This document shows positions 21,785 through 34,947 of a DNA stretch of 64,000 bases, piece after piece; positions within the stretch are counted from its first letter, which is position 1; every line of letters begins with the position of its first letter. The stretch spans positions 2,656,001 to 2,720,000 of the forward strand of contig CP067995.1 of NCBI GenBank assembly GCA_045159875.1, written 5' to 3'. The DNA comes from a cyanobacterium endosymbiont of Rhopalodia gibba (GTDB lineage: Bacteria; Cyanobacteriota; Cyanobacteriia; Cyanobacteriales; Microcystaceae). The notes under the pieces were generated by a model, which worked only from the letters and a program-made list of their open reading frames with translations, was not told the origin of the DNA and ran no database searches. Made by a program: the position numbers and the translations under genes.

Positions 21785-22678
21785 ATGAAACTACCTTCTC
21801 TCTTAAAATCAGGAGACTTAGTGCAAGTTATTGCTCCTAGTGGTCGGCTAAAAGAATTTTCTGCATTTGAAAAAGGACTGGAAATCTGGCGATCACGAGG
21901 CTATCAAATTCAATTGGCAAGTCACTGGAACGCCAGCGAAGGATACTTAGCTGGAACCGATACCCAACGACGACAAGCATTATTAGAAGCTTGGGAAAAC
22001 CCCCACTGTAAAGCCATTGTCTGCGCTAGGGGAGGCTATGGAAGTGCCAGATTGCTAGAAGACTGGCAATGGAAATCTGTTTCGGCTTCATCACCAAAAT
22101 GGATGATTGGTTTTTCTGATATCACGGGATTATTGTGGAGTTTAGCAAAAGAAGAGATTGCTAGTCTTCATGCCCCCGTTTTAACCACATTGGGCTCGGA
22201 ACCTCATTGGTCAGTTCAACGGTTATTTAATTACCTCGAAGGAGGACTGTTACCTCCCCTCAAAGGTTTAGGATGGGAAGGTGGACAAGCCACAGGAACC
22301 CTACTTCCGGCAAATTTGTCCGTCGCTACTCACTTACTAGGAACTCCCTTGCAACCATCTCTAGATGGGGTCATATTAGCCCTAGAAGACGTGGGAGAAG
22401 CCCCATACCGTGTAGACCGTTTTGTGACTCAATGGCGGTTAATGGGAGCATTTAAAGGGGTTAAAGGTATTGCTCTAGGACGATTTAGTCAATGTGACTT
22501 ATCGCCATCGAGCTCAAGCTGGACAGTAGATCAAGTACTACGTGATCGCCTTGGAGATCTCAACATTCCCATTGTCTCTGACCTTCCTTTCGGCCATGAT
22601 GGGGAAAATGCCGCCTTACCTGTAGGAACTCAAGTCAGTTTAGATGGAGATCTTGGCCTTCTTAGTTTCATCAACTAA
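21785..22678 (+). CDS. ldcA: LD-carboxypeptidase, peptidase S66 family
   Basis: IAPS, ARGGYGS, GFSDIT, LEDVGE and FGH (Ser-Glu-His triad). Confidence 0.88.
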   Translation: MKLPSLLKSGDLVQVIAPSGRLKEFSAFEKGLEIWRSRGYQIQLASHWNASEGYLAGTDTQRRQALLEAWENPHCKAIVCARGGYGSARLLEDWQWKSVSASSPKWMIGFSDITGLLWSLAKEEIASLHAPVLTTLGSEPHWSVQRLFNYLEGGLLPPLKGLGWEGGQATGTLLPANLSVATHLLGTPLQPSLDGVILALEDVGEAPYRVDRFVTQWRLMGAFKGVKGIALGRFSQCDLSPSSSSWTVDQVLRDRLGDLNIPIVSDLPFGHDGENAALPVGTQVSLDGDLGLLSFIN

Positions 22679-22959
22679 GATTGATCTCAAGTATGGTGTC
22701 GGGATAACAGATTAAATGCTAATGATTTCTTAAAGAAAAAACTCCTCTCTGTGTTTCCCGTGCCAATTATGAAGAAAATATCATTCGAATTGATGTAAGT
22801 TACAATCAAAATTTTAGTTGTTAATTAGCTTGACCATCAGGTAGCAATCAAATTTATGATTAATTTCCACTTCGTCTTCGTCTCAATTCGTGGACTTAAA
22901 ATCCACTATATTGAGATAGATAAACCTAGCAAGTTATCCATTTCGTCCTTACATAAAAT

Positions 22960-23351
22960 TAGTTTTCATGCAAGCAATTTCAAGTAATTTGTCTTCGGCT
23001 GCCTAGCTAGGGCAGTATTATTCTGTGGTTATTTCCCCGTCTATAATATAAAAGTCATAGTCTCCCAATAGTTCTTTACTATGAAAAAAATTAGAAAAAT
23101 TTGTGGCTGTTACTCCTGTTGTAATTTCTAAGTTTAAAGGACAATTAACTGGAGTTAAATTACCAATGTTGACAATTTTGGGAAGTGATGATCGAATTAT
23201 TCCCGTTAGTCAAGCATAAGAGTTGTTCAAATCCATGCCCGACGCCGGCTAAGTACTTTCAAAAAATGCCAAAAATGCTTGTTACATCAGGACGACAGAA
23301 ATACTTGGGGCTCATTTTTGAGAATTTGTTAAATCTCTCAAATTTTCTTAA
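22960..23351 (+). pseudogene. Decayed alpha/beta hydrolase (ABHD14-like)
   Basis: Fragments VVISPS and FVAVTPV...KLPMLTILGSDDRIIPVSQA*ELFKSMPDAG*VLSKNAKNACYIR, with three in-frame stops, frameshifts and loss of the catalytic His. Confidence 0.7.
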
Positions 23352-23374
23352 AACTTATTCAGTGCAGATTGCAT

Positions 23375-24376
23375 TTATAGCGTGTTAACTTCTAATTTCG
23401 TGACTTCTTTATTATTAATAGTCAAACCATAACAATCTCGCACAAGATAGAGAGGACGTTCTTTAACTTCTTCATAAACTCGACCTAAATATTCTCCAAT
23501 TACCCCTAGGCTAATTAGTTGTATTCCGCCTAAAAACAAAACAGTCACCATTAAAGATGGATAGCCAGGGACATCAACTCCTGAAACCAATGTCCAGACA
23601 ATTAAAAATAATCCATAGAAAAAAGCGAACAAAGATAACAATACTCCCACATAACTCCAAACCTTCAAAGGAACCATACTAAAAGATGTGATTCCATCAA
23701 TAGCGAAATTCCATAGTTTCCAGTAATTCCATTTAGTTTGTCCTTGGTAACGAGGGGGACGATCATAGAAAATCGCTGTTTCTTTATATCCTACCCAAGC
23801 AAATAACCCTTTCATAAAACGGGTTCGTTCAGGAATTTTTTTAACAGCCATGACCACTCGCTGATCTAAGAGTCGAAAATCTCCAGTATTTCTAGGAATA
23901 GGAACGCGACTCATTTTGCTAATCACTCGGTAAAACATATCGGCTGTAAAGCGTTTAAGCCAACTCTCTCCTTGACGTGATCGCCGTTTAGCATAAACTA
24001 CATCATACCCTTCGCGCCACTTGGCAATCAGTTCTCCAATTAATTCTGGGGGATCTTGTAAATCTCCATCGATGGGGATAACAGCTTTTCCTCGAGCATA
24101 ATCGAGACCGGCGGTTAAAGCGATTTCTTTTCCAAAATTACGGGATAATTCAATCACTTTAATTTCGGGATAACGTTGATGATAATCAATTAAATTTGTA
24201 AGGGTATTATCTCGACTTCCATCATCAATACAAATAATTTCATAGGTCAGATTTAATCGGTCTAAAACTGATAACAGGCGCTTAAAAAGCTGATCAATAT
24301 TCGGTGCTTCGTTGTACAAAGGAACAACGACCGATATTTCCATTGAATCCATCATGGGGTTTGTAGGATGACTCAT
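23375..24376 (-). CDS. GT2 polyprenyl-phosphate glycosyltransferase (GtrB-like)
   Basis: VPLYNE, DDGSRD, SRNFGKE, DGDLQDPP, GDFRLLD and two C-terminal TM helices. Confidence 0.9.
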   Translation of the reverse strand: MSHPTNPMMDSMEISVVVPLYNEAPNIDQLFKRLLSVLDRLNLTYEIICIDDGSRDNTLTNLIDYHQRYPEIKVIELSRNFGKEIALTAGLDYARGKAVIPIDGDLQDPPELIGELIAKWREGYDVVYAKRRSRQGESWLKRFTADMFYRVISKMSRVPIPRNTGDFRLLDQRVVMAVKKIPERTRFMKGLFAWVGYKETAIFYDRPPRYQGQTKWNYWKLWNFAIDGITSFSMVPLKVWSYVGVLLSLFAFFYGLFLIVWTLVSGVDVPGYPSLMVTVLFLGGIQLISLGVIGEYLGRVYEEVKERPLYLVRDCYGLTINNKEVTKLEVNTL

Positions 24377-24394
24377 TGTTAGAGAGTATAGCTG

Positions 24395-24434
24395 TTTGTA
24401 GATATATTTAAAGTTTTGTAGATATATTTAAAGT
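24395..24434. repeat. 20-bp tandem duplication just upstream of the GtrB-like gene
   Basis: (TTTGTAGATATATTTAAAGT)x2, exact. Confidence 0.85.
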
Positions 24435-24517
24435 AATCACTCAATCAAAATATTCGCTTTTCTAGGATAGCTTTGATAAAACCACAATAAATAAAAGCTA
24501 AAAGTCTTACTTTATGA

Positions 24518-24579
24518 GTATTCTAAAATTCCAAAAACTTTATATTTATAGAAATAAAGTTTTTGGAATTTTAGAATAC
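24518..24579. repeat. Perfect 26-bp inverted repeat with 10-nt spacer
   Basis: GTATTCTAAAATTCCAAAAACTTTAT ... ATAAAGTTTTTGGAATTTTAGAATAC, downstream of argG. Confidence 0.9.
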
Positions 24580-24713
24580 AGTCAAAATAAAAGTTTTAGG
24601 AGTTATTAGCTGTTAATTTAACATACTCAGTCTAAAAAAAATAATTAGTATAAAAGCTATGGTAAAGATCTGATGTCATTGACCTCTACTAGTGAAAATA
24701 AATTCTACGGCAA

Positions 24714-25937
24714 TTATGACTTTCTAGGATCAACTATACTTTTGGACCTTTGCGCCCAAACTCTGGTAGGAAGTCCCCAAATGTAGATAAACCCCTCAGC
24801 AGCTTTATGATCAAAATCATCATCTGTCCCATAGGTAGATAAATTCGGACTGTAAATAGAATTGTCAGAATAACGACCTACAATGACGGCGTTTCCCTTA
24901 AATAATTTAATCCGAACTGTTCCCGTAACACGGTCTTGAGTTTGGTCAATTAAAGCATCGAGGGCTTCTTTTAAAGGACTAAACCACAACCCTTGATAAA
25001 TCAGTTTACTGTAGGTATCACCTACTCCCTGTTTATACTGAGTCACATCAGCAGTGAGGGTCAAACTTTCTAAGTCGCGGTGAGCATCAATTAACACCAA
25101 TAATGCAGGAGCTTCATAGATTTCCCGCGATTTAATGCCTACAACACGGTTTTCAACCATATCCAGACGACCAATACCATGATTACCTACTATTCCATTT
25201 AACTGACTAATCAGAGTCACAGAATCGAGGATTTGACAATTGAGACTGACAGGAATTCCTTTTTCAAACCCAATTTCTATGTATTCAGGCTCATCAGGAG
25301 TATCGACAATTGCTTTAGTCATTAAATATATTTCTTCAGGAGGTTCGGTCATTGGATCTTCTAATGTACCGGCTTCAATACTACGTCCGAAGAGATTACG
25401 ATCAATACTGAAAGGAGAAGATTTTTTAACGGGGAATTCAATGCCGAATTTCTCCCCATAGGCAATAGTTTCCTCCCGACTCATGTTCCATTCCCTTGCT
25501 GGAGCGAGAACTTTTAGTCCAGGATTGAGGGCGAGAATACCTAAGTCAAAGCGTACCTGATCATTTCCTTTAGCAGTACAACCGTGGGCGACTGCATCTG
25601 CCCCATACTTTTCCGCCGCTTCTACTAAAAGCTTAGCAATTAAAGGACGAGCTAATGCGGTGAATAGAGGATAGCGATTTTCATAAAGGGCATTCGCTTT
25701 AATTGCTCGAAATCCGTAGTCTGTGACGAATGTTTCTTGAGCGTTAGACACCAAAGATTCTAAAGCCCCACATTCGAGAGCTTTAGCTTGAATAGGACCT
25801 AATTCGTCCCCTTGTCCCAAGTCAGCAGATAAGGTGATTATATTTTTTACCCCCCATTCTTGTTTGAGATAGGGAATACAAACAGAGGTATCAACTCCTC
25901 CAGAATAGGCAAGAATAACTTTGTCAGCACGACCCAT
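24714..25937 (-). CDS. argG: Argininosuccinate synthase
   Basis: [33 protein letters not shown]. Confidence 0.97.
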   Translation of the reverse strand: MGRADKVILAYSGGVDTSVCIPYLKQEWGVKNIITLSADLGQGDELGPIQAKALECGALESLVSNAQETFVTDYGFRAIKANALYENRYPLFTALARPLIAKLLVEAAEKYGADAVAHGCTAKGNDQVRFDLGILALNPGLKVLAPAREWNMSREETIAYGEKFGIEFPVKKSSPFSIDRNLFGRSIEAGTLEDPMTEPPEEIYLMTKAIVDTPDEPEYIEIGFEKGIPVSLNCQILDSVTLISQLNGIVGNHGIGRLDMVENRVVGIKSREIYEAPALLVLIDAHRDLESLTLTADVTQYKQGVGDTYSKLIYQGLWFSPLKEALDALIDQTQDRVTGTVRIKLFKGNAVIVGRYSDNSIYSPNLSTYGTDDDFDHKAAEGFIYIWGLPTRVWAQRSKSIVDPRKS

Positions 25938-26740
25938 AAAAATTTATCTCTAACAAATAACTATTGAGGTCATTTTACTGGAGTTGAGAGTTTTTAGTTA
26001 TAAGTCCTTATCAAGAATACAGAACAATTAAAAAATTTAGGAGTTATGTATTGACAGATAACCTTAGATATAGTGCTAATGAAAATACAAAGTGATCGCT
26101 AACAATAAATGGCAAAAAGAGTTAAATAAATTGCAGATTTAGTGATACTTTCAGAAAATTCAATTTGGAAAAGAGTTTTCAGATAGATTGTTCAAGAAAT
26201 AGAAAGATTGCGGCAAAAATATAAAAATTTTTGACAAGCGATTAAAAGAATAAAGAGCTTATTAATAGCCAACAATTAAATAATTTTTTAAAAATAAAAA
26301 AATACTAGAAATTTGCAAAAGAAACCGAGTATAAAAAACTAATAAAAATCCAAATATAGTTAATAAAATATTGCAAATATCAAGAGATAATTCCGGCAGT
26401 TATTTTTGATAATTACTTAATAAACATAAGGAATCTAATTAAAGTAAACTCTGAATAATTGCAAGAGAAAGAGTGATATTTATGTTTTTTGCTAGACTAG
26501 AGTCTAGAACTAAAAATCATAGAAAAAAAATAATATTGAATAAAGGCTTATAAAATTATCGTAGGTATATTGAAAGACAAATTTAATTAAGTTGAAGCCT
26601 TTAAATAAAGCTTATTTAAAGAAGTTGATATAAAAAAAACTAGAGTTATTTAACTAAAGCAATATAAAAAGATTTGCTATATTAACTTTTATTTAGATAT
26701 ATTTATAACCGATTTTTGGGTTATTTAGTAGTTTATTACT

Positions 26741-26781
26741 GTTAAGCGCATTACACGACTCAAGCGTTTAATGCGCTTAAC
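26741..26781. repeat. 13-bp inverted repeat hairpin in intergenic desert
   Basis: GTTAAGCGCATTA ... TAATGCGCTTAAC. Confidence 0.75.
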
Positions 26782-28731
26782 CATAGTTATTTTAGTAGAA
26801 AGAATAAATTTATGAATAGAAAAAAAGCTAATATCGGAAGTCAACGTCTTTTGAGTCTTCTCTTTAAAAATTGGGTTAAGTTGGTAACTTAGTTAATAAA
26901 CAATCGGGTTCGATCAACAATAAAATAAAAGCTAAACTCCTACAGAGGATAACACAACAACTCAAAAAATTAGCAGAAGTTTTATTAGGTTTTACCAACT
27001 TATAAAAATTATAAGTTTGGCTATTTAACTTAAAGTATAAATTTCATGAAAGACTGATTAAGATAGGTTAGAAAGTTGAATAAACTTAGGAGAAATAAAG
27101 TATCGGGATTTATCCTAGTTTTTCGATGTTTATGCCAATGACCCTTGAACCTTTAGCCACTAGTCAATCACAATCAAATCAGTTCAATGATGCGGTGTAG
27201 ACTAATATAATTGAGAACATAGCGTTTATACTAATTAGTAATTATAAGGTGTAAGCCTTCTAATTCAGAGTTATAACCTCTGTCCTCTATTAATTTGAAG
27301 ACTTCTATGTATATGAAGTTACTCACTCTAGAGTAGAGTAAAGATAGAATCCAGTAAAAATTATATTTATAATCTCTTAAATACATGGAAGATTATCTAT
27401 AAACCTTGCAATTTTATTGCAAAAAAATATGAAAATTAATTAGATAAAATTATTCTATTGAGTTCTTAAAGAAGAAAAGATTTTATCTTTAATTAGAAAA
27501 TGAATTTCCATTAATAATCTACCATAAAACCATAGTTAAATTTAAAAGAGTGATGATAGCTCTATCCATTTAAAACTTAAAAATACTTTGTTTTATTCTT
27601 TTTTAGCTCAAGCAACGACGTAAACTAGTGAAAGAAGTTAGAATTGTTAGAAAATGAACAAAGATGCAAAGTAGAAAGTTATTCACTTCACTTATTGATT
27701 TATCTCTTACTATATCAATACGGCTTAACTAAACTTGTTTCTATTTAAGGAGTTAAAATTACCTTAAATGGGAACATTTTTTGTTGTTTACTTAGTTCAT
27801 TCTTTTGACTGCATTCTTACATTTAAGGTATTTAATTTAACGATAACTGATCTGATAATAGATATTTTTTTTTACTCAAGATAAATATATTATTTATGCC
27901 ATAAGATAAACTCACTTTTAATATTTTACTCTTCTGAATATTTTTGTATTTTCTGAACTTAGAAAATGATAAAAAAGGATAGATTATACTTTACTAAAAC
28001 AGTAAACGATACCTCCATCTCAATAAACTTCAATATTTTTTGCTCTTAGCTAATTAACTCGTTTTGACTTCTCTCTGGCTTTTACATAGCTTTTAAATTA
28101 TTTTAACTTTAGTTAAAACTTTTTTATTCAATTTTTCAAGAAAATAGACAAGACTCCTTTTATTTTGCTAAGAGATTCATTCTTTTCAAATAAAAGTTTT
28201 TAAACAATTCTCCATGAGCTGTGATAACTGTCTTAAATTCTCTTAAAACTATTTAATCTATTTTTTTATAAATTATCTATGATTATTAGAGTTTACTATA
28301 GAAAACAATACATCAGAAAAATAGAAAAAATTACTAATAGTGAGTAATAGTGACAACTAATCTGTATAACAAAAAAAGTGTATTTTCTAGACTGATGTCT
28401 AATTAATTAGTAGTTAATAACTCCTAAGACTTTTGTACTAAATGTATTTTTTAACTTGAGTGACTTTTATATAAATAAAGTTTCTGTGAGCTCTAACAAA
28501 TTGTTTTACAAGGTTCTTAGTTTTTGTCTACTACAATTTTATCACAGCCAGCCTTTATTAACTAATAAAGGCTACCTTTAGACATTGAATTATGTCAATA
28601 AGCTAACTCCTTACGATAAAAAAGGATAAAAACTTCAATGAGAAACCCGAGGTAGGTTCAAAATTGATTGCTATTTAAATGTGGAATTAAAAGTACTACA
28701 CAAACACACTGACAATTTTTTTTATTAACAC

Positions 28732-29199
28732 CTAATATTGTTTCATTGCCCGTGATATTTCTCTTTCATCCTGACGGCGTTTGATAGTTTCCCGTTTGTC
28801 ATGAAGTTTTTTTCCTCGTCCTAAACCTAAACTAACCTTAACTAAACTCCCTTTAAGGTATATTTTCAGAGGAACTAAAGTCAAGCCTTTTTGTTCAATT
28901 TTTCCAATCAACTGATTAATTTGTTGACGGTGTAACAACAATTTCCGACTCCGGCAAGGCTCATGATTAAAATATTGACTACTAGCCTGATAAGGCGAAA
29001 TATTAACATTGAGCAACCACGCCTCCCCTTTTTGAATTAACGCATAGCCATCACCCAGGTTAACTTTACCTGCTCGAATGGACTTAACTTCTGTTCCTGC
29101 CAATGCAATACCCGCCTCATAGGTTTCTGAAATTTCATAAAGAAAACGAGCTTTGCGATTGTTGCTAATGATTTTGATTGGTTGTTTTTGATTACTCAT
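28732..29199 (-). CDS. smpB: SsrA-binding protein
   Basis: NRKARFLY, EAGIALAGTEVKSIR, RKLLLH, GKKLHDKR. Confidence 0.97.
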   Translation of the reverse strand: MSNQKQPIKIISNNRKARFLYEISETYEAGIALAGTEVKSIRAGKVNLGDGYALIQKGEAWLLNVNISPYQASSQYFNHEPCRSRKLLLHRQQINQLIGKIEQKGLTLVPLKIYLKGSLVKVSLGLGRGKKLHDKRETIKRRQDEREISRAMKQY

Positions 29200-30484
29200 A
29201 GGAGTTTAAGTATAACATAATTTTTCTTCAAGGTTACAGTTATGACTATTCCAGATTAAGTAAATTCAATTAGTAGTTAATAGTCTTGATAAGACTAATT
29301 TTAAATACATTAGACAATTTTAAAAAAAAATAAAATTTTTATATTTTTGATTTTATAAATTTTGTAAAACAAGCGTATAAGAGTCACAATTATTTTGTTA
29401 ACTGGGGTATAATAAGTCCAGAAGTAGAGAATTATTGTTCCTTGTAAAGATTATGAGTTGTTAACCTTTCTATAATCTATCTAACAAAGTTTAAATAACT
29501 AATAATTATTTCCCTGGAGTAGGATTTAACAACTCTTCTTTAATTGGTTATTGAAGTTAAAATAAATTTTTAAAAATACCTATAAAAGTAGGTTTTATAT
29601 ACTCATTTTACTCGTTAATTATCGCTTTAGAATACTTCATGGAATTGATTTAAATATCAAAAAATAAAGACTTAATAATTTTATGAGTAAATTTTGATAT
29701 AGATCTTTATTTAAAAGTATATTAGTTCATTGATTGATGTTAATATTTAGAGTCAAGCATATTCCCTTTTAAGGAGGAAAATTAAATTGATTAAACTATT
29801 GATGATAACCATCTTTAATCCGAGTAATAGCGTAATTATTTGTTAGATAGAATTGAACAATAGCTAAACTAATATAGTTTTTCTGGTTAAAATACATGAT
29901 TCATTGTATATATATTTTTAACTCGGTAACTTATCCTTATCACTTTTATGGTAAGTCAAATATTGAACTACCCTAGAAACTATTAACTCAAGAGATTTTT
30001 TAGTAGTTAGTTTGTTATTCAAAATATTTAAAAAATAATTTTTATATTATTCGAATTAAATACTTTTATCATCAGAATTAAAATTTTAATATATAAACAT
30101 TATAGAAAACACATTATTTGTCTTAAATACGTTATCTTTTGAACATGTAATTTATTAAAGCTTACATAATTTAACTGAAATTATTTGTTTATTATAGTAA
30201 ACTATTTCAATAGTAATATTACTGATATAGATCAAAAACATGGTTTCTTGACTTGAATAAATGAGTAGAAAAATAAAAAAATTTATATATGCTTTAACTT
30301 ATGCTAAGAAACTATTTTATTACAACTAATTTAACAGAATTTATTTACTTTTACTTTCGCACTTATGGAACACTAATCTAAAATAGATAACTAAAACTGA
30401 ATGTAGGTGAAACTATAATTTTTAAAACTGTTTCAAAAAAGATATTGATCAGTTTATTCAATAAAATTTATTAGAACTATTGAG

Positions 30485-31682
30485 ATGCTTGATATTACCA
30501 AACTCGCTAAAAAAATACCTGAAATTAATCAACATTTTCAAAAAGAAGTAAATGCTAGTTATAGACGGTTGGAAAAAGCACAAAAAATTTTACAGAAAAT
30601 ATACGATAAAGAATCTGAATTAATTAAAAAACATGAGAAGTGGCGAGATCGCCTACTTTTTTCGGCAGCTATTCCTATCGAACCTCTAAATACCCGAATT
30701 AACCTAATCTCACCTCCCTATAGTCATAGTGTTTTTGCCACTGATGGCTCTCAAATTTCTCCTTCTCACCATGAGATCGCCTATTGTTATTTAATAAATG
30801 TGGGACGTGTGATGCTTCATTATGGACAAAATTTACATCCTTTACTTGACAGTTTACCTGAAGTTTATTATCGTCCAGAAGATATTTATATCTCCAAACA
30901 ATGGGGAATTTGAACAGAAGAATGGATAGGATATTGCCGTAGCGTTTTAGAAGCAGAAATTCTTGCCGACATGGCTTGTCGTTGGGTGAAACCCCCAGGG
31001 TCGCATCAAGAACCTAATTTAGCAATGGTGGACGGTTCGTTGATTTACTGGTTTTTAGACGGATTACCCAAAGGAGCACGAGAGAACATTCTCCCCCCCA
31101 ATCCTAACAGCTTGGGAACAGTTACAGAAATCACGAATTCCTATAGTAGGTTATTTAAGCGCATCTCATAGTCTGGAAAGTATAAACTTTTTACGGTTAC
31201 ACACTTGTCCTTTTAATACCCAAAATTGTTTTACCAATTGTGGAGACTCAGAAGAAAAGAATTTACCTTGTCAAATAATAGACCCTTTGCGGGATATAAA
31301 TCTTTGGGGACAATTTTTAAACCCTGGACAACGAGGTCCTTTATGGCGTAGTTCTCAAGAAATTCTAGAATTATATGAGGAAGCGCAACAGATTTATTTT
31401 TGTTACGTTAATCTTGGCTCAGAAATTGCCAGAGTGGAAATTCCCGCTTGGGTTGTCGAAGATAAACCTTTATTAGAACAGGCTTTAGGTATTCTGTTAG
31501 GCCAAGTCAGTAAAGGGTATGGTTATCCTATCGCTTTATCTGAGTCCCATAACCAAGCTGTTATTAGAGGAAGTGATCGCGTCAGATTCTTTGCTCTACT
31601 CGAACAACAAATGATCCGTGCTGGGTTACAGAACGTTGGAACATCTTATAAAGAAGTTAGAAAACGAGGAAGTATTGCTTAA
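30485..31682 (+). pseudogene. nurA: NurA-family nuclease, recently disrupted
   Basis: Three ORF pieces join into one protein (ATDGSQI, AMVDGSL, GYGYPIALSESHNQAV). In-frame TGA at 30911-30913 and +1 frameshift in a C7 run at 31093-31099. Confidence 0.85.
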
Positions 31683-32000
31683 TTGATACTTTCTGAAAGT
31701 CTTAGTTCTTACCCTTATGGAAAACCCAAAAAATAATTTTCTCATCTTTCCATTTTCTTCTTTATAGAGAAGAGGTGATTATAACTTTTCTAGACTGAGC
31801 ATGATCTATCAGTCAACAAGAACTTTCAACACTCTTGTTTGTAAAAGAATTCTATAACCATAAAAACTAAGTCTTTAAAGTGACAAGAACCTTATCAAAC
31901 AAGACTTATAGTCTTTTTCCTATATTTTTTTATAGCTAGACTAAAACAGATAGATTAGAAAAGTCATAATTACGCATCTTTAAATAAAAATTGTCTGACT

Positions 32001-32564
32001 CTAAAGCTCTTCTTTCAATCTATTTAACTCATCATCAAGTTCCCATTTCTGAAATTCAGCTTCCAGAGGATCAGTCGCCTTATTGTAGGAATAGTAATTA
32101 ATCCCTTGATTCCAACCAATATTACTATAATTTTCCTTGGCGTAAGCCGCTTGAGCTTGTGTAACTTGGGTTTGAACCTCCTGTTTACGTTTTTGAATTT
32201 GACGAACTAATTCTTTTGTTTTAATAATTTGTTGTTCTGCTCCTTGCATTTGTCCCCAAAGCTGATTTCCTTGACGCAATAAAGCCGCCTCTCTTTGTTG
32301 GGCAGGTTCTGCTAAATCTAAACGTCCGACTGCCATAGCTTTAGCAATTCTTCGGTGCCACCGTTGAATATCTTGAGCCACAGTCAAAATATCATTTTCT
32401 AAGCATTTTTTTTGTTTTTCTAATTCAATAATTAATCTTAGCGTTTCTTTTTCCTGTTCTCGTAGTTGTTCTAAAAGAGCTTGTAACTCTAGATGAGGGT
32501 TATTTCTGAGGAATTCTTCAAGTTGTGTTTCAAGAAATTGACTAAAATTTTTTAAAATATTCAT
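32001..32564 (-). CDS. TIGR04376-like cyanobacterial coiled-coil protein (PspA-like)
   Basis: FLETQLEEFLRNNPHLELQALLEQL...REAALLRQGNQLWGQM...WELDDEL. Confidence 0.75.
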   Translation of the reverse strand: MNILKNFSQFLETQLEEFLRNNPHLELQALLEQLREQEKETLRLIIELEKQKKCLENDILTVAQDIQRWHRRIAKAMAVGRLDLAEPAQQREAALLRQGNQLWGQMQGAEQQIIKTKELVRQIQKRKQEVQTQVTQAQAAYAKENYSNIGWNQGINYYSYNKATDPLEAEFQKWELDDELNRLKEEL

Positions 32565-32594
32565 ACAACTATTAACTAATGTAATAACTAATTT

Positions 32595-33300
32595 AAAATT
32601 TCCGCTCTACTTCAAGATAGCGTGTTTGCCTGTTAGGATAAATAACTACTTTCTAATTCTCTACTTTCATCAATATACAACTACTTATTTCAATAGACTC
32701 TTCAAGAAAGAAACACTAGCTAATCCCATTTTTGAGTAAAGACAATAGAGAGATAATACAGTTTCTTTGAGTAATCCCACTAATTCGTAGGCATAATTTC
32801 TTATGGAAGTCATTACTAATAAAATTGTCACCGAACTTGATCACTTAGAAAGTGTTCTACCTAATATTTAGTGAGACACGAACCTGGGTCGGAGAAGTTG
32901 GTGATCGATTTGGGATAGAAATAGGAGCGACAGAAAACAGGGAAATAATTAGAGGTGATGCTGCTTCTGAGGAAGATTCCTGTGACAGATGGATACTTGA
33001 TCATTAGACTTAACTGGAATTTGAGGGTTAGGCTTTGTATCAATAACCTTCAAGGACTGCTCTAGATACGCAATAAACTGAGTATAAGCTGCGGATGGAA
33101 GACGATTTCGAGTCTTTTGTTCTTGGTAATTAGAAAATAAGTAGGTGTAACTGAACCAAAAACAATACTACTAGGATAAAACAAGTACAACCTACTTCAA
33201 AGAGGATTTTTGTCCAAAAATCCTAGGATAGAATGACCGCTTTTAATTGGATTCACGAGTTTTCTTCACAGCCTTACTGAATTTATTTTTGAATAAGCAG
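32595..33300 (-). pseudogene. Decayed conserved cyanobacterial hypothetical gene
   Basis: Minus-strand fragments QFIAYLEQSLKVID, a Pro/Ser-rich linker and YELVGLL, broken by stops and frameshifts. Boundaries approximate. Confidence 0.4.
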
Positions 33301-33566
33301 TAAAACATAAATGGACAACACTATGTTAGGAACTATTAAGGAAATAGGAATTTATGAGAGCTAATAATCATCTAGGATTTCAAAAGAACAGGAAAATTTA
33401 AATTAAATCCCGAAAAAGTCTGTGAATTTCAAAAAAAAGACAAAAATAAGGATAAAAAAATGCAGGAGAGGACTTATTCATGTTTTTATTTTTGTTTAGA
33501 GTTATTGACTTATTTTTAAACGACAATCGATCAATTCCATCCCAGTACAATCATTCACCTAAAATT

Positions 33567-34211
33567 CTAGTCCTCAGCTCGCCATTCTCTGTTGCCCATC
33601 CTAGGCAATGTACTATTAGGAACTTCTAACTGTGAAGGACGAGTACGAGTATTTCTGCGAACATTAGTGACCCCATCAGGTTCAGGTAAAAAGGCAATAG
33701 GATCAACCGCCGTTCTTCCCTTAGGGTGAATTTCAAAATGTAAGTGGGGCCCAGTGCTATTGCCAGTACTTCCCATCTCAGCAATTTGTTGTCCTTGTTC
33801 AACTTGTTGTCCGCGACGCACTAAAAGCCGGCGGTTGTGTCCGTAAAAACTGATGCTACCGTCAGGATGACGTAATTTTACCAAAATTCCGTAGCCTTGA
33901 GAATTCCATCCAGCTGAAATCACTACCCCGGTAGCGGCCGCAAAAACCGGGGTCCCCATTGGTCCTGCAATGTCAATTCCTTCGTGCATATTGCCGTAAC
34001 GTATTCCAAAACCGGAAGTCATTCGCCCCTGAGTTGGCCAAATATAACCTGTAGACATTTGAGGGGTTTTCAGTTTATACCGGTTAGAGGTATTGGGAGA
34101 AAATTTCATCCTACCGTTTGAGTCTCCTGAGGCTTCAACCATATTGTTACAAAACACGGATAGGAGCAGGCTAACACTCGTTAGGGCTAATCCCGGAGAT
34201 AATCGTTTCAT
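33567..34211 (-). CDS. M23 family metallopeptidase with signal peptide
   Basis: YIWP, HEGIDIA (HxxxD), YGH, GSTGNSTGPHLHFEI (HxH). Confidence 0.9.
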   Translation of the reverse strand: MKRLSPGLALTSVSLLLSVFCNNMVEASGDSNGRMKFSPNTSNRYKLKTPQMSTGYIWPTQGRMTSGFGIRYGNMHEGIDIAGPMGTPVFAAATGVVISAGWNSQGYGILVKLRHPDGSISFYGHNRRLLVRRGQQVEQGQQIAEMGSTGNSTGPHLHFEIHPKGRTAVDPIAFLPEPDGVTNVRRNTRTRPSQLEVPNSTLPRMGNREWRAED

Positions 34212-34947
34212 ATGTTTTAAGAGAAATTCAAGTCTTATGAGTAAGAAGGTTTTGTTAAAAACTTTAAAATGTTGTGAAATTACTTTACTTGATATGTGTC
34301 AGAACGTAAAGTCCGCAATAATAGCTGACCTGTTTCATAGATAAAACCTATGCAATTCTTTAGAAAAGTATTCGTGTTAAGTTTCTGCTGCAACCTAGAA
34401 AGTTAACTTCTTTTCGTCTTTTATGAAGCGCACCCCAAAGAGTTTATTTTACCTCTAAACAGAGTGTCTAATTTTTTGTAAAATATCTCTTTGCTCATAA
34501 TATTAAGCAAAGAAAGGAGGAATAACTTGTCTGAAGAAAGCTAACAGTTACAACTTTAGGATACTCTTTCTCAGTTTTTAGAAAAAAGAAAGATTCTTAA
34601 GAAAACTGTTGCGACCAATGATGCTCAAGAGTCACCTTAAATCAAACCCTATTATAATTTTAATACAACCACCGATCAGAGGCATTAACCTTAATTTATG
34701 AACTACAATAGGCGAGCACCCAACAGTCCAAGTTGATTCCTATTTATTTAATAAGATAAAAATTGATAGTAGTCGTTTCATTGAAAGTGATATTATCCCT
34801 AGAATTCAGACAATTCTAGAACGGCTCACCTATTATTGATGATTGCTTGCAGAGGTATACCGGAGCAAAGTCTAAGACATAGGAACTTCTCTAAGTGTCG
34901 TATCCCTCCCTATGATTAGGTTGAGGAAACCTCATTTGTAATTATCA

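Noticed and set aside
30485..31682. Programmed readthrough or frameshifting, or an alternative genetic code, to explain split nurA and GST
   Set aside because: TGA, TAG and TAA all terminate intact genes in this window, and several different lesions per gene fit pseudogenisation better.
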